DNA of 64,000 nucleotides. It comes from Octopus sinensis (lineage: Eukaryota). Below the pieces are notes generated by a model. The model saw only the letters and a program-made list of their open reading frames with translations, searched no databases and had not been told where the DNA came from. Of the stretch, positions 47,186-59,836 are shown piece after piece; the stretch's first letter is position 1, and each line of letters begins with the position of its first letter. The position numbers were made by a program, and so were the translations under genes. Location: positions 88,598,001 to 88,662,000 of the forward strand of contig NC_043002.1 of NCBI RefSeq assembly GCF_006345805.1, read 5' to 3'.

Positions 47186-47661
47186 TAGTTCATGTTGTTC
47201 CAATTTACTCATCTATAAATGAGTAAACTTGTGATGGATTGACATCCCATTCAGAGGGAAATGTGATCTCAGTCCAATATAATACCATGGAAACCAGGTT
47301 ACTGAGACTATGACTCCTCAGACACAAAATAGTAATATTCATGTTACTTATATATATTTTTGAAGGTGACTGAATTGGTGGTTAGGGTATTTGACTCATT
47401 ATCATAAGGTCATGAGTTCATTTCCTGGCAACGTGTTGTGTCCCTGAGCAAGATACTTTATTTCACATTGCTCCAGTTCAGTCAGCTGGCAAAATATAGG
47501 TAATACCTGTATTTCACAGGGCCAGCTTTGTCACACTCCTGTCACGCTGATTCTCCCAGAGGTCTACATTAAGGGTACACATATCTATGGAGGGCTCAGC
47601 CACTTGCACGTTGATATCAGATCAACTGGAACACTTGTCATCATAACCAATGGAATGCCAG

Positions 47662-47662
<1 letters not shown>

Positions 47663-47726
<64 letters not shown>

Positions 47727-47742
47727 CCTATCTATCTATCTT

Positions 47743-47819
<77 letters not shown>

Positions 47820-47880
47820 TAGTAAAGAAATATATATATATATATTTAGTAAAGAAATATATATATATATATATTATATA
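47663..47880. repeat. (TATC)n and (TA)n microsatellite
   Basis: Directly visible. Confidence 0.95.
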
Positions 47881-48185
47881 TAAAGTTAATCCAAACAAGA
47901 AAACACAGAAAAAAAGAGAAAAAAACACAGCAATGCAGGACGTGGAACAATTAAAGTATTATTGACGCTCAGGAAAGAAGGGAAGTGTGTGTGTGTGTGT
48001 GGTTAGGAAGCTTGATTCCAAGCTACATGGTTTCGGGTTCAGTCCCACTGCAGGGCACCTTGGGCAAGTGTCTTCTGCTATAGCCCCGGGCCGACCGAAG
48101 CTTTGTGATTGAATTTGGTAGGTGGAAGTTACTGCCACGTGTGTATATGTGTGTGTAGATGCTTGTGCATCCCCAAGAGAGAGGG

Positions 48186-48218
<33 letters not shown>

Positions 48219-48301
48219 TGTATATATATGTATATATATGTGTGTGTTTATGTATATGTGTGTGTGTGTGTGTATATGTATATATATATATATATACCTA
48301 C

Positions 48302-48335
<34 letters not shown>

Positions 48336-48820
48336 GTATATGTATATAATGTATACACACACACACACATATATATATATTATTAGGATCAAAGGGATTG
48401 AAAAGTAAAATTCGACCCAGTAAAATTTCAGCTTAGACTTCAAGGTAATATATTCTTTTAGCCTTTTATTCTGTGATTTGTTTCAGTTATGCAACCATGC
48501 ATTTGTTACTGTTCTTTTATGTTATTTATTTATTTATTTATTCATTTATTTATTTTGCTTGCTGAAACTGGCAGAAGAAGCAATGCCCATGACCCTTGAA
48601 GGTTCTCTGAAACTGATGTGGTTGATGCTCTCAATGTTCCATTTAGCCATTTTGATATCAACATGCCTTGAAACTACCCATAATTTTATGATGCCAACTC
48701 TTTGTTCTAAAGTGGTATTAATTAAAACCCCCCATCAAAACTTCATACTAATTTCTGTTCCAAACACAAACTCGTTTTAACAAATTGCTTATTGTTTTCA
48801 AAATTAATCAATTATTTTAA

Positions 48821-48885
48821 CCCGTTAGCATTCAGATTATCTGTCAAATGCAATGCTTATTTATTCATGTTGTTTCGAATTCATT

Positions 48886-48920
<35 letters not shown>

Positions 48921-49835
48921 TTAACGTCGTTGTCCATGCTGGCCTGAGTTGGAAGGTTTGCCTGGGCTGGCACACTGGAAGGCTTCATCAGGCTCCAGTC
49001 TGATTTGGCATGGTTTTCTATGGTTGCATGCCCTTCTTAACACCAACCACTCTGAGAGTGTAATGGGTGCTTTTATGTGCCACAGGCACAGGTGCCAGTT
49101 GCGTGACACCAGCATCTGCCATGACTGCAATTTTGCTCAGCTTGATGGGTCTTCTTCTCAAGCACAACATAGTGCCAAAGGTCTTGGTCATTGCCTCCAA
49201 ATTATTCATAACAGAAACATTAGCACGTCGGGCAAAATGCTTAGCGGTATTTCATCTGTCTTTATGTTCTGAGTTCAAATTCTGCTGAGGTCAACTTTAC
49301 CTTTCATCCTTTCAGGGTCAATAAATTAAGTACCAGTTGCATACTGAGGTTGATCTAATCAACTGGCCCCTGCCCCCAAAATTTCAGGCCTTGTGCCTAG
49401 AGTAGAAAAGAATATTTCATAACTTCGAGATTTCAATGATCTGATTGTTTAGTTTTAGTATGGCATTGTAGTGTGTGGAGGCACGTGGCTTAGTGGTTAG
49501 GGTGTCAGCATCATGATCATGAGATTGTGGTTTCGATTCCTGGACCGGGCGACTCATTGTGTTCCTAAGCAAAACACTTCGTTTCACGTGGCTCCAGTCC
49601 ACTCAGCTGGCAAAAATGAGTAACACTGCGATTGACTGGCATCCCGTCCAGCTGGGGAACACATACGCCATTGAAACCGGGAAACCGGGCCCATGATACT
49701 GGCAAGGCTTTAAAAGGGTGCATTTATTTTTCTATGGCATTGTAGTGTAAGGTATGAGAGGCCAGATCTGGTCAGTTTGAGCATAAAACAAGTAGAATAT
49801 CTTGGCCGAATATGGCTGGTTTAAATACTAAAGGG
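48821..49835. mobile_element. piggyBac-like MITE shell with three nested insertions (RTE tail, SINE A, V-like SINE)
   Basis: ttaa|cccgttagcatt ... aatactaaaggg|tcaa. The body resembles 30885-31075. Confidence 0.4.
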
Positions 49836-50414
49836 TCAATGGAAATATTGTAATACAAAAAGTAATCTATTGCTGTCAACACTTACAGCAGAGCGAAGAT
49901 TCCAAAAGGCCAATGTTGTGGGAAGAAAGAACCAGGCATAGTGGTTAGTACAGTATTGGTGGCGGGGAATGCATCAAAACTGATGAGAGATGGAGAAATG
50001 AATAGGTATGAGATATTTGACTGGTGGTGCTATCTCCAAAGACCAGCTGTCTCTAAGGAACAGATGCCATTATAATGGCATTAGATAAATAGATAGAAGA
50101 GACAGCATACTAAAGGCAGGAGTGTGTTCATAAGTGGTTGAATTCCAGAGGGGATCTTCTCAGGATGTGGTCCAGGATGTTTTATGTACATAACAGCAGC
50201 ATCGTCTCAGATGTCATCCAAGTTGATCACATCAGCCTCGAAGCATGTTTTATGTCTGGTACTTATTGTATTGATCTCTTGTTGTTGCTGAATATCCATG
50301 TATCCATGTTGAAACTAACAAACAAGCAAACCAACACTGGTTGCTGGGCGGGGAGAGACAAATATAAAGATACATACGCATGCATGCAAACACACACATA
50401 CATATACACATGCA

Positions 50415-50455
<41 letters not shown>

Positions 50456-50518
50456 CAGGCTTCAACAGAGTTTTCATCTTCCCTCACAAGGTTTTTGGTT
50501 AATCCTAGGGCCTAGGGT

Positions 50519-50595
50519 TAACCTCCAACTAAGCCACACACCTCCTATAGCCTAGGACCTAGGCTATAGGAGATGCGTGGCCTAGGTGGAAGTTA
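50519..50595. repeat. Near-perfect 38-bp-arm palindrome (1-nt loop) in front of tandem SINE-C heads
   Basis: taacctccaactaagccacacacctcctatagcctagg-a-cctaggctataggagatgcgtggcctaggtggaagtta. Confidence 0.8.
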
Positions 50596-51238
50596 TGGCT
50601 TAGTGGTTAGGGTGTTGGACTTGCGATAGTAAGATTGTGGTTTCAATTCCTAGACCGGGCAATGTGTTGTGTTCTTGAGCAAAAACACTTCACTTCACAT
50701 TGCTCCAGTCCACTCAGTTGTAGAAATGAGTACCACTAGTGGAGGTACATTGCTCAGTGGTTAGGATGTTGGATTCATGACAGTAAGATTGTAGTTTCAA
50801 TCCCGGAACTGGGCAATCCATTATGTTCTTGAGCAAAACACTTGATTTCATGTTGCTCCAGTCCACTCAGTTGTAGAAATGTATTTATCATAGAGAGGGA
50901 TGGGTTCCACCAGGCACTTTTTGCCCTAGATATGCTGTATGGCTGTAGTGAACACCAAGGGGTTAAGGGACTTGTCAAGGTTGTAGGAAAAGGAACATGC
51001 CAAAAATGCTATGCAATGGGATTGAAACCTGAGGTCATGTGGTTTCAAAGAAAACCTCTTAACAGCATAGCCATGCCTAAACCTAGCTTCTTAACCATGC
51101 ACAGCCATAACTAAATATTAATTTTTAATTTTGGCACAAGGCCAGCAATTACATTACCCAAGTGCCCAACTGGTACTTATTTACATTATTTACATTATTT
51201 ACAATTGACAGATATTTGTCCTCATCTTGTTTGTTATT

Positions 51239-51284
51239 AACACAACATTTCGGCTGATATACCCTCCAGGCTTCATCAGGTGTC
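51239..51284 (-). ncRNA. Minimal type I hammerhead ribozyme, slightly decayed
   Basis: gacac-CTGATGA-a-gcctg(gagggtatat)cagcc-GAA-ATGT-T-gtgtt. The right-arm copy (52238-52273) has ggctg/cagct but a corrupted stem III. Confidence 0.6.
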
Positions 51285-51350
51285 TTGGGTTAATTTTGAA
51301 TCTGAGTTCTCATTCCTAAGGTATTTTTCGATGTTGTTATTGTTGTTGTC

Positions 51351-51413
<63 letters not shown>

Positions 51414-51415
<2 letters not shown>

Positions 51416-51678
51416 GTTTTTTCCTTCTTTCTTCAAATTTTCTTCCGTTTCTTGCCGAGTGTTTTCCATACACTTAGGGCAGAGAAGGGCATTGTATGCA
51501 TTCCCAGATTACACGCACAAATTCACAGATAAAATATGTATTTAAAAATTAATAAATAAATAAATTCATGGATGGATGTTATTTTCACAGCGATAGTGCT
51601 CTTCGCAGTACATGAGCCGTTCCAGTTAATACGATTTTTTGCACTTCCTGTAGGGATGGTAAGCCTGGAATCATTTTC
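51414..51678 (-). mobile_element. 5'-truncated R4/Dong-like non-LTR 3' end, copy 1
   Basis: KMIPGLPSLQEVQKIVLTGTAHVLRRALSL* (stop 51585-51587), a ~170-nt 3' UTR and a (TAA)n tail. Confidence 0.7.
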
Positions 51679-51692
51679 TATTATTATTATTA

Positions 51693-51740
<48 letters not shown>

Positions 51741-51743
<3 letters not shown>

Positions 51744-52005
51744 GTTTTTTCCTTCTTTCTTCAAATTTTCTTCCGTTCTTGCCGAGTGTTTTCCATACAC
51801 TTAGGGCAGAGAAGGGCATTGTATGCATTCCCAGATTACACGCACAAATTCACAGATAAAATATGTATTTAAAAATTAATAAATAAATAAATTCATGGAT
51901 GGATGTTATTTTCACAGCGATAGTGCTCTTCGCAGTACATGAGCCGTTCCAGTTAATACGATTTTTTGCACTTCCTGTAGGGATGGTAAGCCTGGAATCA
52001 TTTTC
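51741..52005 (-). mobile_element. 5'-truncated R4/Dong-like non-LTR 3' end, copy 2
   Basis: Identical to copy 1 except for a 1-bp indel; same truncation point, period ~327. Confidence 0.7.
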
Positions 52006-52009
52006 TATT

Positions 52010-52066
<57 letters not shown>

Positions 52067-52134
52067 GTTATTATTATTATTATTATTATTCAGGTAACAG
52101 CCTATAATCGAACTGGGAATCTTGGGGTTAGTGA

Positions 52135-52182
<48 letters not shown>

Positions 52183-52387
52183 TAACAACATCGAAAAATG
52201 CCTTAAGAATGAGAACCCAGATTTGAAATTTCCCCAAGACACCTGATGAAGGCTGGAGGGTATATCAGCTGAATTATATTAACAACAAACAAGATGAAGG
52301 CAAATATCCGTCAAATGTAAATAATGTAAATAATTCCTCATCTCTTAAATATAGAACTGTGGTACATATTTTATCATAATTATAATG

Positions 52388-55347
52388 ATAATCCTTTCTA
52401 CTGAAAGCACAAGGCCTGAAATTTGATGGGGACGAGACTAGTCAAATACATCGATCCCAGTATTCACTGGTTTTAATTTTATCCACTCTGAAAGGACGAA
52501 AGGCAAATGTGACCATAATGGAATTTGAACTCAGAACATAAAGACAGACGAAATGCCACTTAGCATTTTGCCTGAAGTACTAACAATTCTGTTCACCACA
52601 ATAATAATAAAAATAATAATCCTTTCTATGGAAGGCACAAGGCTTGAAATTTGGTAGGGGGCAAGACTAGTAGAATACATTGATCCAGTATTCACTGGTT
52701 TTAATTTTATCAACTCCGAAAGGACAAAAGGCAAATGTGACCACAGCGGAATTTGAACTCAGAACATAAAGACAGACGAAATGCCACTTAGCATTTTGCC
52801 TGAAGTACTAACAATTCTGTTCACCACAATAATAATAAAAATAATAATCCTTTCTATGGAAGGCACAAGGCTTGAAATTTGGTGGGGACAAGACTAGTAG
52901 AATACATTGATCCAGTATTCACTGGTTTTTATTTTATCAACTCCGAAAGGACGAAAGGCAAATGTGACCACAGCGGAATTTGAACTCAGAACATAAAGAC
53001 AGACGAAATGCCACTAAGCATTTTGCCTGAAGTACTAACAATTCTGTTCACCACAATATAATTAAAAAATAATAATCCTTTCTATGGAAGGATAAGGCTT
53101 GAAATTTGGTGGGGACAAGACTAGTAGAATACATTGATCCAGTATTCACTGTTTTTATTTTATCAACTCCGAAAGGACGAAAGGCAAATGTGACCACAGC
53201 GGAATTTGACTCAGAACATAAAGACAGACGAAATGCCACTTAGCATTTTGCCTGAAGTACTAACAATTCTGTTCACCACAATAATAATAAAAATAAAATC
53301 TTTCTATGGAAGGCACAAGGCTTGAAATTTGGTAGGGGGCAAGACTAGTAGAATACATGATCCAGTATTCACTGTTTTAATTTTATCAACTCCGAAAGGA
53401 CAAAAGGCAAATGTGACCACAGCGGAATTGAACTCAGAACACTAAAGACAGACGAAATGCCACTTAGCATTTTGCCTGAGAGTACTAACAATTCTGTTCA
53501 CCACAAATAAAAAAATAAATATATCTTTCTATGGAAGGCAAAGGCTTGAAATTTGGTGGGGACAAGACTAGTAGAATACATTGATCCAGTATTCAATGGT
53601 TTTTATTTTATCAACTCCGAAAGGACGAAAGGCAAATGTGACAACAGCGGAATTTGAACTCAGAACAATAAAGACAGACGAAATGCCACTAAGCATTTTG
53701 CCTGAAGTACTAACAATTCTGTTCACACAATAAATATATAAAAATAAAATCCTTCTATGGAAGGCAAAGGCTTGAAATTTTGTGTGTGGGGACAAGACTA
53801 GTTAGAATACATTGATCCAGTATTCACTGGTTTTTATTTTATCAACCTCGAAAGGACGAAAGGCAAATGTGACCACAGCGGAATTTGAATTTGAATCAGA
53901 ACATAAAGACAGACGAAATGCCACTAAGCATTTTGCCTGAAGTACTAACAATTCTGTTCACCACAATAATAATAAAAATAATAATCCTTTCTGGAGGCAA
54001 TAAGCTTGAAATTTGGTCGGGGACAAGACTAGTAAGAATACATTGATCCAGTATTCACTGGTTTTTATTTTATCAACTCCGAAAGGACGAAAGGCAAATG
54101 TGACCACAGCGGAATTTGAACTCAGAACATAAAGACAGACGAAATGCCACTAAGCATTTTGCGCTGAAGTACTAACAATTCTGTTCACCACAATAATAAT
54201 AAAAATAATAATCCTTTTATGGAAGGCATAAGGCAATTAGCTGGAACATTGGTGGGGAGACAAGACTAGTAGAATACATGATCCACAGTATTCACTGGTT
54301 TTTATTTTATTCAACTCCGAAAAAGGCGAAAGGCCAAATGTGACCACAGCGGAATTTGAACTCAGAACATAAGACAGACGAAATGCCACTTCTTAGCATT
54401 TTGCCTGAAGAGTACTAACAATTCTGTTCACCACAATAATAATAAAAAAATAATCCTGTCTATGGAAGGCATAAGGCTTGAAATTTGGTGGGGACAGACT
54501 AGTAGAATACATTGATCCAGTATTCACTGGTTTTTTTTTATCAACTCCGAAAGGACGAAAGCGCAAATGTGACCACAGCGGAATTTGAAGAACTCAGAAC
54601 ATAAGACAGACGAAATGCCACTAGCATTTGCCTGAAGTATAACAATTCTGTTCACCAACATAATAATAAAAAAATAATCCTTTCTATGGAAGCATAAGGC
54701 TTGAAATTTGGTCGTGGGGACAAGACTAGTAGAATACATTGATCCAGTATTCACTGGTTTTTATTTTATCAACTCCGAAAGGACGAAAGGCAAATGTGAC
54801 CACAGCGGAATTTGAACTCAGAACATAAAGACAGACGAAATGCCACTAAGCATTTTGCCTGAAGTACTAACAATTCTGTTCACCACAATAATAATAAAAA
54901 TAATAATCCTTTCTATGGAAGGCATAAGGCTTGAAATTTGGTGGGGACAAGACTAGTAGAATACATTGATCCAGTATTCACTGGTTTTTATTTTATCAAC
55001 TCCGAAAGGACGAAAGGCAAATGTGACCACAGCGGAATTTGAACTCAGAACATAAAGACAGACGAAATGCCACTAAGCATTTTGCCTGAAGTACTAACAA
55101 TTCTGTTCACCACAATAATAATAAAAATAATAATCCTTTCTATGGAAGGCATAAGGCTTGAAATTTGGTGGGGACAAGACTAGTAGAATACATTGATCCA
55201 GTATTCACTGGTTTTTATTTTATCAACTCCGAAAGGACGAAAGGCAAATGTGACCACAGCGGAATTTGAACTCAGAACATAAAGACAGACGAAATGCCAC
55301 TTAGCATTTTACCTGCCGTGCTAACGAATCTGCCAGCTTGCCACCTT
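52388..55347 (-). repeat. Tandem array of 13 head-to-tail ~227-bp units derived from a family A-like SINE
   Basis: 13 occurrences of the gaactcagaac motif, exact period 227 in the last units (54781, 55008, 55235). The outermost right unit has an intact SINE head; the others share a deletion in the A-box region. Confidence 0.92.
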
Positions 55348-55635
55348 CACCATAACTAAATATTAATCTGACTTAAAAACCACTTTTTACTAAATCTTTC
55401 CACTTGTCACTGTTAGTATAATTATAATGATTTTTAACTTTGGTGTAACGCTTGGCAGAGTGATGGAGGGTGGAGATTGATTGGATCAACCTCATTAAAT
55501 TGCTGTATTGTATTTATTTATTTTATTGATATCCTAATGAGATAGAAGACAGAGTCAGCCTTAGCAGGATTTAATCTCCAAATGTAAAATGATGTAATTA
55601 ATTTCAACCTGCATTTTACTGTCCCTGCCAATCAC

Positions 55636-55665
55636 TGCTGCTGCTGCTGCTGCTACTACTACTAT

Positions 55666-55710
<45 letters not shown>

Positions 55711-55915
55711 AGCCACCACAACCACCACTACTACAACCACCATCACTACAACCACCACCACCACCACCACTAACTACTACTATTGCTTCTTCTTCTACTA
55801 CTACTACTACAGCCACCACCACCACTACAACCACCACTGCCACCACCACAACTACTACCACCACCACTATTAACCACTACTACTACTACAATAATACTAC
55901 AGTAATACTAATGAT
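55636..55915. repeat. (CTG)/(CTA)/(CCA) trinucleotide compound tract
   Basis: Directly visible. Confidence 0.92.
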
Positions 55916-57376
55916 TTCTGATTTAGGCACAAAGGCCAGCAATTCTGAGGGAAGAGATAAGTTGACGCCATAATTTGACTTATTTTATCAACCCTGAGAG
56001 AATGAACAGCAAAGATGACCTTGCTGGGATTTGAAGTCAAAACATAAAGAGTTGGAAAAAAAATACCATTATCATCATCGTTGTCGTCGTCATCATCATC
56101 ATCATCATAGTATTTATCAGTATTTCATCTGTCTTTATGTTCTGAGTTCAAATTCCCCTGAGGTTGACTTTGCCTTTCATCTTTTCGGGGTTGGTAAATT
56201 AAGTACCAGTTGCATACTGGGGTCGATCTAATCGACTGGCCCCCTCCCCCAAAATTTCAGGCCTTGTGCCTAGAGTAGAAAAGGATAATGATTCTTTCTG
56301 ATTTTGGCATAAGGGCAGTCATTTTGATGGGAAAGAGTAAGTCAATTACACTGGCTCCAGTACTTGATTGATGCTTTATTCAATCCACCCAAAAAGGATG
56401 AAAAGCTAAGTTGATCTTAGTTGGAATTGAACTCAGAATGTGAAGAGTCAGAAGAAAAACCACTAAGCATTTTGCCTGATGGGCTAACAATTTTGTTAGC
56501 TATCACCCTAATAACGATAACAGAATAAAGACCCCTTTTGGTCATGAATGACTATTAGTTTGCACCTATAAAAGTTTCCTTCCAAGGCACAAGTCAGGGC
56601 AAGTTTGTTTCTGGAAGACCAGCAGTCATCCATGCATACCAGATTCCCCTCTCCATGCCTACAATGTTATCCAAGAGAAAGGCAGGGTCTGATACAACTT
56701 GGCACCAATGATGTCACAACTCATTTCCACAGCTGAGTGAACTGGTGCAATGTGAAATAAAGCATCTTGCTCAAGAACACAGCACAGAGCCCAGTCCAGG
56801 AATTGAACTCACTACCTCGTGATTGTGAGCCCAATGCTTTAACCTAATAATAACTATGAAGGCATGCGATCAAATTACATCAGGATGATTGAATAGAGGT
56901 CTGTATCCACAAAGTTGGGCCATCAGTGATTAAACCAGTAACCCCATAGAGCATGCTCTGTGAGGTGGGTGTTTATCTTTCTATTTGGTCACCCTGCAGC
57001 ATGAAAAACACAATCTGTCAGAGGACCAATGAACTGTAAAAATTCAAAAGAGTTTTTTTCCTCTCTTTTTGAGAGGGAGATAATAATAAGGGTAGGTAGG
57101 ACTTCTGTCATATTGAATAAAACTATGTGAAGGCAGCCTGTCTAGGACACAAGAAGTCCAGAGACTCAAAAACAGTAGGTACTGGGGTAACAAGCACACA
57201 CCCCTACAAATTTTGGAGGATAATGAAAACACTTTGAACACCCTTCCCTTGGAAAACATCATCCCCAAAATTAACAAACATAGAAACCTTTTTGAACTGA
57301 TGTGAGATATTACTTTTTTATCATTGGAATTATCTGATTTTATTGGTGTATGAATATAATAATAATTATTACTATT

Positions 57377-59623
57377 TGTTATTGGGATAATAATAATAAT
57401 AATGTAACTTCCCTCCCACATGATGAGCAGTATATACTAGTCATTACAAATACTGTGACACAGGAAGTCAAGAAGTTGGCGAAGTTGGTCATAGACAGTT
57501 GTATCTTTACTTGTTTAACTAACTATACTGCTATACCAGAATGGATGTTATAACAATCCAACATTGGATTACAACAGTGGTGACAAAAAATTAACAAACT
57601 CACAAGGAGTTATGAGACTCACAAAAGTTTTTGCATGAATTTTATAGTATACAAAATCGTAAAATTATGGAAGAATTGTTGGCCAGTTTGCTCGAGCTGC
57701 AAAAACAGCAACAACAACAACTGAAAGAACAAAAACAACAATTACTATTACAGCAAGAAATGCTGTAATTAAGGAATAGTAATTCATCCAAAACTGCTGA
57801 AAAGATTTTCTTGCCAGATTATGTTGCAAACTTGATAACAGGATTTAAGTATGAACCAGATGAATGAGTTACCTTCAAGGTGTACTATAGAAGACACGAA
57901 CAAATTTTCAATAAAGAGTGCAATGATTGGGGTGACGATATGAAAACACGTCTAATCCTAATAAAAATGGTAGCAGGAGAACATTACAGCAATTACGTAC
58001 TCCTGACATAAACTTTAGAAATACAACAGACATATTATGTAAAATTTTTAGCGAGAAAAGCTCATTGTTTAATACACATTGGAAATGTTTGAACTTAGTA
58101 AAGAACAATGAGGAGGACTACATCACATTTGCTGGTAGAAATGGGGAAAGCTCAAACTGGATGAGTTATTGCCGGACTTGTTCAAGTGTCTGATATTTAC
58201 TCAGGAACTAACTGCAGGACAAGATGCAGAAGCAAGAACAAAAATTTTCGCTGGGCTTGAACAAAACCAAGCTGTAACCTTACAGCAAGTGTCAGAAGAG
58301 TGTGAATGAATAGTAAATCTAAGGCATGAAGAGTGTGAATGAATAGTTAATTTAAGGCATGACACAGGGAAAATTGAACATAAAGATTGCTTCCAAGTGA
58401 AACAAGTGCATGGGAAAATACAAAACAGGCAGAATAGAAATCAAGTGTGTACTAAAATAGAGAACAAACAGGACAAGAATCAGGGAAAAAAACCCATGTT
58501 TTGCATGTGGAGGTCTGCAACTGAGAAAAAATTGCCCATTTAAGAAAGTGGAATGTTTCTGTTGTGGAAAAATTGGACACGTAAACGTGCACTGTAAAAC
58601 CAAGATGACAAAACATTGGATCAAAGGAAAAAGAGTAAACAAGATGCTGTTGAAAGAAAATGATTAATGGGACAAAGAGGTAATTTGTAAATGTGAAAAT
58701 TGAAAAAATAAGAGTAAAAATGCAGTTAGATACTGAAAGTGAAATTACCATTGTGAATGGAGGAAATTGGAAGTATATTGGTAAGCCAAAATTAAGTAAA
58801 TCTACAAAAGTAGCACATGGTGTTACAGTAAAAGATTGTATTTTGTAGGGAATTTGTGTATAATGTGACATTTCATGACATGTAAAACAGGTGACTACTG
58901 TGCCATACAATCCCAGATCTAATGGACAAGCAGAACACTTTGTCAACATATTCAAGAGAGCCCTAAGAAAGTCAAATAAGGAAGTCATGGATGAGGTTGC
59001 TCTACAATTCCTAAGAGTATACTGAGTGACACCAAATCCAAACACACCAGCAGGTATGTCACCAGTGGAGCTGATGTTTGCAATGAAAATAAAATCATTC
59101 TTCGACAAATTACTACCTGGTAAGAAAAGAAAAATTGCAACAGATAATACAGCAAGATATTTCAAAATTGGTGAAAATGTATTTGTGAGGGCATACAAGA
59201 ACAGAAAACAGAGTTGAGAAGATGGCGTGATTACCAAACACATAGAAAAAATGCTATACATCGTAAAAGGAAGAAAATGACTGTACAAGAGACATATAAA
59301 TCAACTAAAAAAAGATTCGTTGAGAGCGACCCCAAGAGAATGGAAGAACCAATGGAATGATTACATGATATTTTTCAAGTATCAATGCCACTGCAAATAA
59401 TTGAACCCAGTCGCACAAGCAAAAGGAAAAAAAAATGTATGGAGTTCCTGAAAGTGTATGCCAAAAGAGAAAATATTAAATTTGTAACTGTATGAAAAAA
59501 AAAATCGAAAAAAAGGGAGGTGGGGTGATGTAAAAATTATTGTTAATAAAAAGAAAATTACACTCCCTAAGAAAAAAAAAACTTTAAAAGGGAGATGTTA
59601 TGCGGGAAATAATAATAATAATG

Positions 59624-59668
<45 letters not shown>

Positions 59669-59836
59669 GAACACCCCTCTCATGTGATGAGTGGTATGTG
59701 CTAGTCATTACATATACTGTGATGTAGGAAGTCGAGAAGTTGGCAAAGTCGGTCATAGACAGTTGTGTCTTTACTTGCCTAACTATACTGCTATACCAGA
59801 ATGGACGTTATAACAGTCCAATGTTGGATTGCAACA
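57377..59836 (+). mobile_element. Internally deleted Gypsy-type LTR retrotransposon (gag-PR-IN C-terminus, no RT/RNaseH)
   Basis: LTRs 57377-57576 and 59596-59836, 5-bp TSD CTATT, PBS-like gtggtgac, PPT aaaagggaga. Gag MEELLASLLELQKQQQ...CFACGG...CFCCGKIGHVNVHC and PR MQLDTES, then directly VKQVTTVPYNPRSNGQAE at ~58881. Confidence 0.9.

Larger units (their letters stand above)
51180..52358. mobile_element. Inverted-arm hammerhead-bearing repeat with (TTA)n tracts hosting R4/Dong-like insertions
   Basis: 51181-51345 is an imperfect reverse complement of ~52175-52330. The inversion point is at caggtaac...tgacctg (~52090-52139). Confidence 0.8.

Noticed and set aside
49975-50010. CTGATGA gagatgga GAAAT
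   Set aside because: No pairing for stems I, II or III; it lies in a probable decayed LINE (weak Tx1/L1-like RT resemblance near 50140-50240, too weak to list).
52388-55347. Regular array superficially like a CRISPR locus
   Set aside because: Whole units repeat with no unique spacers, the unit is a SINE, the context is eukaryotic and there are no cas genes.
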